In this document: piece after piece, positions 1 through 23,991 of the stretch
How the letters are laid out: every line of letters begins with the position of its first letter
How positions within the stretch are numbered: the first letter of the stretch is position 1
Origin: Amoebidium appalachense
Taxonomy: Eukaryota; Protista; Ichthyosporea
Assembly: GCA_963693365.1 (NCBI GenBank)
Contig: CAVNZM010000003.1
Span: forward strand, 4,956,472-5,020,471
DNA: 64,000 nt
Direction of reading: 5' to 3'
Made by a program: the position numbers and the translations under genes
Notes under the pieces: generated by a model
Database searches by the model: none
Told to the model about the DNA's origin: nothing
The model's input: the letters and a program-made list of their open reading frames with translations, nothing else

Positions 1-322
1 GGTATTGGGACTGGGGGGGAATTCCGGCCACTGGCGGTGAAGGGCACAAGACGGGGGGATATTTGCGAAACCCCCCCAGCATAGCTGTTTGGTGTGTCCA
101 TTCCTTGTGTGGGCTGGTTGCCATACATAGACACAGACCCCCCTACGGGTTGGCTCCCCTGGCGGCCATATTTGGGGGAGGTGAGGTCGGGCTGGGGTTG
201 TTGCTGCTGTTGGTAGTTGGGCCGTGGTGGCGGGCCACTGGTCGGCATACGCACAAGGCTGAATGGGGAGGGGGGGAGGGGGGGGGGGGGAGGTGGAAGG
301 AGGAGGAGGAGGATGATGTCAG

Positions 323-384
<62 letters not shown>

Positions 385-1196
385 GGGAGGGGGAGGGGGG
401 GGGGGGAGGGGGAAAGGGGTGTGTGTGTTATGTATGCGTTAGAGGGTTGGAAATATGGAGGAGACACCAAAGGACAAATTACAAGACGTCAGTGGTGGTG
501 GTGGGGGGGGGAGGAGGGCGGAGAGGGGATGATGTGAGGTGTGCACCGTGACGAAGCATAACCATAAGGGACACAAAGCAACAGAGAGGGATAGGTGATA
601 AAGGGTAGAAGGGGAAAGTAGAGGGCGCAGAACTGGTGGGCATGTGGACCGGACTGGTTGGGCGGGGGGGAAAGGGGGGGGGGGGTGCTACAGAGTTAAG
701 TACACATTCACGATGGACATCACAATGCAAAACTTGCAGGCACACATGAGCACACACAAGCACACACGCACGCACGCACGCACACACGCACGCACGCACA
801 CACGCCCGCCCGCCCGCCTACATGCGCGTGTGTGCACACGTGCACATAGACGCGTACGCTCGCGCGCACACACATGCGCATGCACAGGTACGCGCACATA
901 GCACGCACGCGACACATATAGGAGCACACTTCCGTAGTGCTGAACACAATGGAGAAATTTTTCGTAAGCATGCATGCATTTACCACACAGTGCACTGTAA
1001 GCACACACATGGCTACCATTATGATCTAACACACAGAACTGAAACGCTCAGTCCATACATATCAGCAACTAGCCCACATCATCACCACTTTGCCCATCTC
1101 CTCCCTCCCCTCCTCCTACCCCCTCCCTCCCCCTCTTCCCTCCTTCCCCTCCCCCCCCCCCCCCCCCCCCGCCCGCACAAAAACACACACAACACG

Positions 1197-1259
<63 letters not shown>

Positions 1260-2621
1260 CTCATACGGCTGCTCCTCCTGCTGCCTCCAATCTGCCTGCG
1301 ACTGCGACATCTGCCCCTGTCCCCCCTGCACCCACCCAGCCTTCGACCCGCCAATCTGACCCGGCCCACCAACCTGACCAGGCCCGGATGGCTTCTGACC
1401 CGGACCCGGAACTCCCCCCTTCCCAGGGATTCCCTCCAACACATCATACGGTTCATCTGGGTAATTCCTCTGTGGTTGGGGTGGGGGAACCCCCCCTCCC
1501 CCTCCCATTTGTCCCTGCCTCATGGGTCCAGAAAGGTTCATGTAATACGCTGGGGCCCCCTGTTGGCTCCCAGGCATTGTTCCATGTTCCTCCCCTTCCT
1601 CCTCCCCCTCCCCTTCCATCGCCGTGTGTGCGACGTCGTCGAACCCGGCGTCCGAAGGCTGAAGAACGACCGACGGCTTGAAATTTCGTTGAAAATGCGA
1701 CCCCATTTGTGAATTTACCGGAGGGGGAGGGGGTTCCGAAGGTGGACCCTGTCCCTGTCCCTGCCCTTGCTGCATATCCCCCATGCCCCCCGGCCTCCCA
1801 CCGCCTATCGACGTCGGCGGCGGTATATTTCCGTACGGTGCCGGCCGAATTACCGACTGCCCCGCAGGGGGGTTCATACCGGAGACCCCATTTTCCGCAT
1901 GCGCGCCCCCCGCATCCTGCCCGTAATCGGTCTCGGGTACTCGGGGGGGTTGCGGTGGCGGTCGGAAACCTCCGTCAATAGATCCGACAGAAGAAGAGGG
2001 TGGTCGGGTAGAAACCTGCGAAGCGAGCGTCGGTGGTGGTTGTTGTTGGGAAGGGACGGGGGCGATGGGAGTTGTTTGCGGAGTATCATTGGATGGAGCA
2101 GAAATGGTTGATTGTGTTGCGGAGGCCGCGGTTATGTTTACGCAAATGGTGATCTGTTCCTTGTTTGGACCGAAGAGGGTGCTCTTTTGGAACTGAACGT
2201 GGCACACGAACTTGATCCGTTCGGCGTATCTACGACTGTTGATCTCGTTTATCGTCACTTCCAGTTTGGTTTGAGAGTCACGGCGGCAGAAGTCGATGTT
2301 CGAGGAGAGAAGCTGCAGGGGGGGAGGGGGAGGGGGGGGGGGATGTGTGAGCGGTAAATCGTTTGGATGTGAGGATGAAATGGGAAAGATGTATGGGAAG
2401 AAACTCGGCACTGTGTGTGGTGTGTGCGTGTGCGTGTGTGTACGTGCATGCGCGAGCACGTGCATGTGTAGGGGTGTGTGTGTGTGCACATGTGCGTGTG
2501 TGCATGTGCGTGTGTGCCCGTGTGTGTGTGGGTGTGGATGTGCGCGTGTGTATGTGTGTGTCTGTGTGCGTGTGTGTGTGGATGGGTGGGTAGTTGTGCA
2601 TGTGTGTGCATGTGTGTGCAT

Positions 2622-2652
<31 letters not shown>

Positions 2653-3390
2653 CGCGCGCGTGTCTGTGTGTGTGCGTGTGCGGCACGCGTCCGTGCACGA
2701 CCGAGCATTTGTGCGTTTGTGCAAGGTGTGCACTGACATGAGCATGTCCATGTGTGTGCATGTGTGCACATGGCGTGTGTGTGCGTGCGCGTGCACATGT
2801 GCATGCCATGCCCGTGTCTGTCCTAGTTATTCGTCGATTCTTCGAAAACTGCAGCACATACACGTGCTTGCATGTGCAGTACATCAACAAATTTCAGGCA
2901 GAAGAAGGCAAAGGGAACAAAAATATTAGAAGGTTAAGGAAACAAACATATTAGTAAATAGATTTGTGTTGGTGTATTGTATCTATGTGTCTAGACATAT
3001 ATATAGCATGAGAGCACGGGTACGAACAAACACGCCTAGGGGCTGAGCTTTTCGTGTGTCTTCAAAGATATGTGCCTGCACGTGCCCGCCTGAGCGCAAA
3101 TGTGTGGCGCACGCACACGTACATGTCAGTACCTGTCTTTGTGGGTGTGCATACGTGTTGTGGGTGTAGGTGTGGGAGTGCGTGTGCCCAGGGTGTGGGG
3201 TGTGTGGCTGTATGTATGTGTGCGCCAGATTGGCTTAGATGTATTCCTGTCTTATATGTATAGGTGTGTACGTGTGTAAGCGTGTATGTGTGTGTGTGCT
3301 TCTTGTGTAAGTGTGTGTGTGTGTGTGTGTGTGTGTGCTTGTGCGTGTGTGTGTGTGCGCACGTGTGCGTACCCCCCCATGTGTGCTTGC

Positions 3391-3425
<35 letters not shown>

Positions 3426-4265
3426 CTGCTTGATATCCCATTGCCAACACTGATGCAAGTGCATGTGCCCGTCGCAGTGTGCATGTGACAGCATGGAAAT
3501 AGGCAAGAGCATTACAACATGACATGATATTGTGTGCACAAGTGTGCGGCTGTGTGCTTGTGTGAGAAGATCATCCCCCCCCCCCCCCCCCCCCCCCCTA
3601 AAAAAACAAAAAAACAAAAAAAAACACGTGCCGGCAGCACTGTGCTGTAGGGTTGTTGAAGATAAGGTGACATGTGTGTATTGTTCTAACGTGAGTGTCA
3701 CTGCTATAGCAACCGAAACAGTAGCCAAACAATCACAACATACACACACATACACACCGAAAACGAAAAGAACTAGGAGAAAGAGAGAGAGAGGAAAGAA
3801 AAGAAAGGTGAGTAGGGAAGAAAGGAAGTAAGTGCGTGCACACACACGCACGGACGGACGAACGGACGCACGGACTTACGGACGCACGGGACGCACGGAC
3901 GCACGCACTCACACACTCTCACACGCACGCACACACGCACACACGCGTGCGCGCACACGTGCGCACACATACACACACCGATGTAGGCCTGCGCGCACAC
4001 AGCACAAGCAAGCAAAATGCAAGTGTGCAGCCAGGGGCACATCAACCATGCAACACAAACCCGCCCCCTCAATACAAGGACCAAAAATAAACACACCATC
4101 ACCCACCTCGTTAAGTTTTTCAATGCCATATTTCAGGTGCAGCCACTCGTGTGGTTTCAGGTATATTTGCCTTAGTGTCGTCCTGTCCAAATCGATTACT
4201 CTCTTATCGGCGCGGGACTTCGTCGAAAAGGTGACTAAGTGATGTGACTCGGCCTGCGCCGCCAT
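1..4265 (-). CDS. Multi-exon gene, 3' end outside the window: unknown Cys/His-rich N-terminal domain followed by a long Pro/Gly/Gln-rich tail with Tyr motifs (possible signalling adaptor or transcription factor)
   Basis: ATG at 4265 in AAAATGG context. Exon 4265-3979 (MAAQAESHH...[13 protein letters not shown] donor), exon from 3703 ([23 protein letters not shown]), small exons near 3075-3035 and 2858-2807 with uncertain boundaries. Large exon 2312-1258 ([14 protein letters not shown]...EQPYE) splices in phase 2 to exon 258-1, which is open to the edge. Confidence 0.75.
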
Positions 4266-5834
4266 TTTTAAAGTGGTTTAAAGGAACATGTGGGTACAAT
4301 GGCGATGTCTATTACTTGGCTACTGCCGTCCAGGCACACAGCCAGCTCATTTGACCAACTAAATCCAGAACCCCAAGCTTTGCGCGCTTCAAAAGAGAGC
4401 GCGCGTTGGCACCATGGAGCCTGTAAAGTGGAAAAATGTAAGTGTATGCCTCAGGGAAACTGAGAAACCAGCAGCCTTTGTAACCATCCGAACCAACCAT
4501 TCCTAAAACATCACGTCATTTTCTTACCCAGGGTCTCCGGAGCATTCTGGCCGTGAGTTGAAACATTTGCAAACATGCATGCACGCTCACAGAAGCAAAC
4601 AAGCCGGTTTACACACTGTCTGAGTCGGAAAAATAAGAGGAAAGAAATCTGCACAAGGGCACTCTTTTCTTTCACTCAGTCTCTACAGCCTGCCCCCCGC
4701 CCCCCCCCCCCCCCCCCCCCTTCCCGTGCATTTTCCTAGTGTCGTTCCCTCTAAGCAGCGCATTGCCATATATAACATAGCTAGCCTTCTATCCTGAAAA
4801 TTATTCAAGGTGAGCAAGCCCTTGTGTCACCTCGTTCAAGTTACCTCTTGACAAGTAACAAGCAAATCATCAACATACCTTTTTGGTTGGGTGAGCTGAG
4901 CGGAAGTGCGGCTGACCTGCGCATATAGTATTAAAATTGCATGCAAATACGCACAAGAGAGGATAGTAAGAAAGTTGGCCAAGCTACTAAACCTTCCTAG
5001 CAAAAATGGGCTGAGAGGAGAGGATACGCACGAATGGGCTCCGATTTTCAGGCAGCCAACTGTAAGATAAATCATAGAAACATCAGCCAGGGTATTATTC
5101 CGTGGATCAAATAGAGAGTATCTCCTCTCGTCTCTTCTAGCGCCTCTGAAGCAAAAAGCAACGAAGAAACGCCTAAATCATACTCTCTCATCTACCAGAA
5201 AAAAAAGCTTGTTCCGTAAACTTAGCCGTATGTATACACACAAAGCCTTTTCCACTCAAAAAGTTACACAATCCTATTCCGGGCCAGCCACTTTATTACA
5301 AAAGACCCGATTCGACCACATATTGGCCCGGGCATCCCAAATTCCCGATCAGATCGGATCTGACTATGGCATCTTGAGATTCCCATCTCGATCACGGGCA
5401 GCCAGTGCACAACCAAAACGATGACAAAGGCTTGGCTCTAAATAGCATGTTGCATGCATAACTTATATATGTTGTGCATTATTTCTCAGCGTTATGTTTT
5501 AGTTTTATTTCAAAAAAATACTGATGGCGCTTCTATCACTTCATTGCTTCGTATTCTTTACAAAAGCTTCGATGGCATGATCTGACCCGACCGGGCATGC
5601 CAAAGATTACGTAATCGTGGCTGTGGACGACTCCGCAGAGCGTTTGCGTCATAATAATCACTCCTTCAGGCAGATAACTCCTTATTTGCCAGAATAGAGT
5701 ATGCATTGTTTAGACTAAACATTCAGCCTTGCGTGCACACTGAACAGGTGACTTCAAACACCTTTCTCATTGTAACCCACATACATAGATGCTTACACCA
5801 TATTTGAAACCATCTTTCGTGTGTAATCTTCACG

Positions 5835-17816
<11,982 letters not shown>

Positions 17817-18202
17817 CCGGATTTTGAACAAGATTGGGTTATTTTTTACCACCTATTGCAAATTTGCATGCATCCCCCCCTCCCCCTCCCCCAACACGGT
17901 GCATGAAACATGGGAATGTTTGACCAGATGTGCCTGGACACAATTAGGCCATCTGTCAAACGGCCTAATGCTCCCTTGCCCCCCCCCCCCCCCCCCCCCC
18001 CCCCTCCCTCCTCGCACAAACACACATACACACGCACGCACAGACACATACATACACAACCCACCAACAGTATCTTTCCCACCACCCCATTGCAATTTTA
18101 CGCAAAAATGAAAACGTGCAGAATGTGTACATAAAGGGCTCCTTGGCATGGCAACCCCCTCTTAGGCCAAGCCATCCCACACTGTTTCGTTCCTTTTTTC
18201 CT

Positions 18203-18238
<36 letters not shown>

Positions 18239-20127
18239 TTCCTTTTTTTTTTTTTTTTTTTTTTTTTTTTGCCCCGCCGGGGTGGGGGGGAGTTGGGGGG
18301 GGGGGGGGGAAGGGGGGGGGGGGGGGTAATGCCTACTGCCAGGCCGGTTTTACTGAACGAAAGGATTCTGCACACGTGCATGTAGGCATGTTGTTGTTGT
18401 GGGACTACATATATTAACATATATACTATCTTATACCATATATAGTAATCGACTTCATCCGAACTTTATCCGATACGTGGTGTGTGAATATATTAATGTA
18501 TATACCATCTTATACCATATATAGTAATCGACTTCATCCGGACTTTATCCGATACGTGGTGTGTGAAGGGTTATGCATCCTACAGTATACTCCCAGAATG
18601 CGCTTTGTTGCAACATTGAGTTACAAGATTTGATTTCCATTAAGCAAAATCGCAAGAATGGATGGTTTGGAATTACATGGTTTAACTCGTCTTTCCCAGT
18701 AGGTTTTGCAAAATTATATTCTATTTTTGTGTTGATTTCTGAACAGTTCACTAAATCGAATGTTTTTTTGTCATGCATAAACCTGAAAGTTTAGTTATGT
18801 ACCAAAGGGCAGTATACGTAGGGCCCCCTTTGATAAAAACTATTTTTTTTTAATTTCCTTATATGGCCAATCTGATCGAACCGGATTCGATCTGGACCAA
18901 TCATAAAACGTAGTCTGAGATACAACCGATATCGACCCTGTACACAGTATTAAGACCACATAGCATGGTATGTGCACAGTGTGCAACCTGAAATGATCAC
19001 AATCCAGATCAATAGAAGAATACGCCAATCCTATCATGCCCTACATACCATTGTTTCCCTCCCCCCTCCCCTCCCCCCCTTCTCCCACAACACACGCACA
19101 CACACATGTCAGACACACACACACGCACACACACACACACACGCACACACACACACAGCTACCAGTAGTATATTTTGCATTGCCCGCACGCACTGCCAGG
19201 CTACATTTTTTTGTACTCAACGGTGCCTCCCTCAAAGATCTCAAATGTATCTTCTTTGTATTATAGGTCACATTGTCATTCTGCGATACATGTATGTAAA
19301 TATAACGATTTCCTTGCAATTGCAATTTCTGGGTTCTCTGGATACATTTACAACTTCAAGGCAGCCGCCCCCGAGCGTGTAAACCTATCCCAAAACATTT
19401 ATACCAAATATTGCACTTAATGTTTCCTAAGAGTATCCCAAAAATACGTTTTGTTCATAGTTTTGTGTCCCAGGATATAAGCGGCTTATCTCAACTCAAG
19501 ATTCAAATATCACGCTCAGTCTCTGCCGTTGACAACGGTCACACTCGCTCAAGCGCTACTTGCCTATCCCATTGTTTTTTTAGAAGATTACTTTTTATTC
19601 TGTTGTTACGATTATTATATTCAAAATAATATTTATGAAATTTTCTGTTTCATCGACTCAAATTTCGGCAGCCTTGGGCCGCGGCCGGATCCGGAGGCAG
19701 GCAGAATGAAAATAACACCCCCCCCCCCCCCCCCCCCCCCCCTGGAAATGGCCATAGGTATACCGCCCACCGTGGATAAGGCCAGGTCGTGCGCGATATG
19801 GTTGGGGTCGATGCACCATATTTGCAATACCCTGAGCACTACGTTATTTTGGTTTTCGTTCTCAGTATTTCCTATTTTTCCTTTTTTCAAAGTTTTCTTT
19901 GTTTCTTTGTTTTCATTTCATATATTTTCTTTGGGGTTTACGCTGTTTACTCGAGGCAAAGAGAACCAGTCTCAGGTATGGGGGGGGGGGTTTTGCTCGG
20001 AATATCCCCTCAGCGGTATATCATGATCACGTACATAGATGTCGGGTGGTGACTATATATCAGGGTTTACTTTCTCTACGAGACACCATAAAGACTACAA
20101 GGAGAAATCAATTAGTTGGGGTTCCCC

Positions 20128-20169
<42 letters not shown>

Positions 20170-20201
20170 GGGCTCCCCTCGGGACACTCGGTATCAGCTG
20201 G

Positions 20202-20256
<55 letters not shown>

Positions 20257-20276
20257 TGTGTGTGTGTGCGCGTGCG

Positions 20277-23200
20277 CTATAATTTTGTAGTGATGTGTTT
20301 CTCAAGCCAATCAATACATCTAATAAACAGGTCGTAGTTACGCGTGTTTAGTATAAAATCAAGGATGTTGTAATTTACAGGTAGGCTATCTTTCTGGGTG
20401 TCTGTTGTGAATGTGACGTGTGTGTGTTGCGGTATTATGTGGTCTATCAAACTACATTTGGCGATACATGACCGGTTAAACTGGTGTGTGTGTGTGTTGT
20501 TTGGGCATGCAAATGATGCCACCTTATACTTATTAGATCTCCACTGTATAGCACGTGTACAGTAAAAGCGTGGTAATTGATCAATAATACCATCAGCTAG
20601 AGAAAGACCAGTTCTACAGGAAGGTAATATGTATTTAGGTGTTATACACTTGCGAGTGCCATATTTGGCAATATGGTTGAGGCGGTCAGTATATATAAAA
20701 CGAGACATAAGGCTTAGTTTTTCAAGGTGTATGCTTTCATCGGGTCTAGTGTCGTGTGGTATCTTTTTCCATTTGTTATATTGCGTGATTATCTTGTGAT
20801 TGTGTACATGTTTAATAAGTAAGTGGCAGTCCAAAGTCACACACACACTATTGCGGGGTTTATTTGTATTTGTGCCCAGGGGAGAAGGGGAGAGAGAGGG
20901 GAGGAAAGAGGGGAGAGGTGAGGAGGGGACAGGTCGGATAGAGAAGAGAGGGTGGGAGGGCAAATACTTCTTTAAGCGGCTTATGTGCTTATTGAATTTC
21001 AGCGCGAGATAGGATACTCTAGCAGCTATTGGGACCAGACCATATATCGAGAGCGTTACAGGCCCAGGTTTACAACAGTTGTTAGATAGAAAGGAGGCAA
21101 CTTCTGCTTCAAGGAAATTTGCCAAGGGTTTAAGCGCTCTAGTTCTCTCTTTCTTGATCCAAGCGGCGAGAAGGGGTAAACCATATTCACATGCCGGGAA
21201 GACAAAAGTGCGAATAAATGTAAGTCTAATAGAAGGATGGAGGGGTGTGTCTTTAAAAATATTAGCCGAGAAGAAAGCTAACCGCTTACGAGCCAACTCT
21301 ACCCTCTTTTCGACCATATGGGGAAACATAACACCAACAGAATCAACCGGAACACCAAGATATTTGTATTCTGGAACTATAGGTACAGGTTTAGATGATA
21401 ATGTAAATGTGTGTAAATTGTTAGCTATATCAGGTACAAGAACACCACATTTGTCTATGTTAAGGATCATAAGGTTTGCCTTGCACCACTCTGACACTAC
21501 ATCGAACAATCTTTGCAGGCGTCTAGGGGTACGGGCAAGGAGGGACAGATCATCAGCATAGAGAAGTGCAGGCGGAAAGTTATTAATAGGGTCATCGTTT
21601 TCGGCGTAAATCTTGACAGCCAAATCATCTATAAATAGGTTAAACAAAAAGGGGCTAAGCAATGAACCCTGCAAGAGACCTCTAGTACGAGCAAAACCAT
21701 ATGAAAGATGCCCATTAACCACAGCTCTACCATAGGTTTGAGACAAGAGTGCTTCTAACAGAACACCAATGCAGTGTGGTACACCCCGTGCAGCAAGCTT
21801 TTCCCATAGGAGACCAGGGGAGACAGAATCGTAAGCAGTTTTCCAATCAATAAAGCCAACATATTGTGCACCAACTTGCATAGAATCGTGCAGTGCCATT
21901 ATTTGAACATAACATGAATTGTTTTTACGAAAAGCGGATTGGCATGGGTGTATGTGAAGAATAGATTGAAACCTAGGGTGATGTGCAAATAACCTAAGTA
22001 AGCAAGCTTCAAAGAATCTACGAACAACCTGGGTTAGTGTAATGGGGCGAAAGGATGATATGGGGCCCTCAGAGTCCTTCTTAACTATGGGGATCACTAA
22101 GGTATCTAACCAAGATGACGGGACATGTCCACATTTAACACACCAAGAAAAGAGAGAGCTTAACATGATAGTAAGATCAGGTTTAATAGCACGATCACTT
22201 TCCTTTTGTGGGTAGGAGGGAACAAGGATTTTAAGATACCCAGCAGGGAGTCCATCAGGTCCACAAGACTTACTAGAGCTATAACTAGATATCACAGACC
22301 ATATGGCATCGGGACTGAAAAAGGGGAGGATCGATTCTATGGGGATAGATGGGTCTACAGGCCACACAATAGGTTTCTGAGCGGGGGTCCTATCTTTAAA
22401 CAGTTCCGAGAAATACTTATCAGAGTCTATGAGGGGGTCTCCAGTGGTATCACCAATAATACGAGCAGGGGGTCCAAATCGATTCATACTAGCAAGCCGG
22501 CGCAAGCTTTCCTTTTGAGACAGGGGTTCACCTACTCTAGCGGGAGTGGTGTTTGGTAACAAGAGAGCATCGGGATATTCCTTCCTACCACCGCCAGCAT
22601 AATCACCGAGATCTATCAAATCATCAACAATAAAGTTAGTGCATGTATCTAGTACGAGATGTGAATCTGGCCTGGCTTGTGCAGATTCTAATAGGCGCAT
22701 ATATATAGGGTGTTTCGTAGCATAGCATACACATACATCAACTCTACCCCACTGTGACTTAAGCTGGGATAGACGGAGGCGAAAGGTGGGAGGGGGAGGG
22801 GGGAGGAGATCAAGGGAGATCTTAGGTAGGAAAAGGATAGGAGAGTGGTCAGATGACCTAGAGAGGTTAGGAGGGAGAGAGAGTTTTGACATGGTTGATG
22901 GCCAAAAGGCCACTCCCCAGTCGGTGTTGTGGGCATGGGATATTTGAGGGAACCGCAAAGTGTGACTTTGGACATACCTTGCTAAAGGGATAGCACGCTC
23001 CGGGGGCTTAGATGGGTACCCGACACTCACTTGCAGTGTGTCTGTGTGGTGGAGTCGCGTGTTAAAATCACCTAAAATAACAGTGGACATTGGTAACTGT
23101 GACAACTCGTGAGTCAATTCGACAACCGACATAGATGGTGGGTAATATACAAAAGTAAAAACATTAGAAAGAAACTCTATAGAAACCGAGAATTCCGTTT

Positions 23201-23471
23201 TTGCTACCGGTTTGCACTTCACTCTCACGTGTGGTGCGGCAAGTACAATAATGCCTCGGTTTTTCGCGTAACCGGGGTGTGTGGATGTGTCGACCAATGT
23301 AGAGTTGAATTTGTGGTGGTTTTTAAACTGTGTTTCGCAAATCACTGTAAACGTGTGGTTGTTTGTCTGTTGTTGTATGTAGCTGATTTTATCGTCGAGT
23401 GTCCCGGGGGGGAGGCCCTTTTGGGGGCCCAGTGTCCGAGCATTCCAGAAGAAGAAGGATAAATTAGGCAT
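20277..23471 (-). CDS. LINE ORF2: apurinic endonuclease + reverse transcriptase + C-terminal Cys motif
   Basis: APE motifs WNARTL, VICET, YYPP, LGDFN, SDH. RT motifs KSCGPDG, FRPITL, QSAFR, FIDWKTAYDSV, GLLQGSLLSPFLFNLFIDDL, LLYADD, YKYLGV. No introns or internal stops. Confidence 0.96.
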   Translation of the reverse strand: MPNLSFFFWNARTLGPQKGLPPGTLDDKISYIQQQTNNHTFTVICETQFKNHHKFNSTLVDTSTHPGYAKNRGIIVLAAPHVRVKCKPVAKTEFSVSIEFLSNVFTFVYYPPSMSVVELTHELSQLPMSTVILGDFNTRLHHTDTLQVSVGYPSKPPERAIPLARYVQSHTLRFPQISHAHNTDWGVAFWPSTMSKLSLPPNLSRSSDHSPILFLPKISLDLLPPPPPTFRLRLSQLKSQWGRVDVCVCYATKHPIYMRLLESAQARPDSHLVLDTCTNFIVDDLIDLGDYAGGGRKEYPDALLLPNTTPARVGEPLSQKESLRRLASMNRFGPPARIIGDTTGDPLIDSDKYFSELFKDRTPAQKPIVWPVDPSIPIESILPFFSPDAIWSVISSYSSSKSCGPDGLPAGYLKILVPSYPQKESDRAIKPDLTIMLSSLFSWCVKCGHVPSSWLDTLVIPIVKKDSEGPISSFRPITLTQVVRRFFEACLLRLFAHHPRFQSILHIHPCQSAFRKNNSCYVQIMALHDSMQVGAQYVGFIDWKTAYDSVSPGLLWEKLAARGVPHCIGVLLEALLSQTYGRAVVNGHLSYGFARTRGLLQGSLLSPFLFNLFIDDLAVKIYAENDDPINNFPPALLYADDLSLLARTPRRLQRLFDVVSEWCKANLMILNIDKCGVLVPDIANNLHTFTLSSKPVPIVPEYKYLGVPVDSVGVMFPHMVEKRVELARKRLAFFSANIFKDTPLHPSIRLTFIRTFVFPACEYGLPLLAAWIKKERTRALKPLANFLEAEVASFLSNNCCKPGPVTLSIYGLVPIAARVSYLALKFNKHISRLKKYLPSHPLFSIRPVPSSPLPSFLPSLSPSPLGTNTNKPRNSVCVTLDCHLLIKHVHNHKIITQYNKWKKIPHDTRPDESIHLEKLSLMSRFIYTDRLNHIAKYGTRKCITPKYILPSCRTGLSLADGIIDQLPRFYCTRAIQWRSNKYKVASFACPNNTHTHQFNRSCIAKCSLIDHIIPQHTHVTFTTDTQKDSLPVNYNILDFILNTRNYDLFIRCIDWLEKHITTKL

Positions 23472-23991
23472 CGGTTTGGTCCGACACCTGTGGGGTTGGT
23501 TCCCACTTGTCGCTTACGGGGTCGTATGCACGACCTTCCGCCAGCGCGAACAGTTCGCAGAAGAGCTCGATTTCCATCTCGCATCGGCGTTTGCGCTCGA
23601 GCAGTTTCTCACCAGAAAACATTGGTTCCTTCGTGTCCGTGTCTATCACGCTCGTAGCATCGTTTTCCAACTTTGCGAGGAACTCTTTTGCCTTGCTGAT
23701 GCGTACACGACAACGTGTGGCGCACGCATTCTTAGCAGACACTTTACGTTCTTTGTCTGCTTTCTGAATGTTTTCCGGCGCGCATGGGTCGTAGCTTGGG
23801 AGGTGGGTGAAGAAGCTTCCACACCCCTTTGTCGCGTCACGGATGAACGCACGGTTATAGTCGCCCCGTACTGCTACTTCCAGCACATCGTATCCAATGA
23901 AGGACAGACAAAGGATGCGAGAGCACCGGAAGCCGAGAGCCTTGAAGATGGACCACATGGCCCTGTGTGGCTCTTCTTCTTCGTTTCTCAC
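23464..23991 (-). CDS. LINE ORF1, C-terminal part only
   Basis: The open frame ends in TAA overlapping the ORF2 start by 8 nt (ATGCCTAA). There is no upstream ATG matching the annotated start; the frame stops at the Helitron-like 3' end. Confidence 0.75.
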   Translation of the reverse strand: MRNEEEEPHRAMWSIFKALGFRCSRILCLSFIGYDVLEVAVRGDYNRAFIRDATKGCGSFFTHLPSYDPCAPENIQKADKERKVSAKNACATRCRVRISKAKEFLAKLENDATSVIDTDTKEPMFSGEKLLERKRRCEMEIELFCELFALAEGRAYDPVSDKWEPTPQVSDQTDA

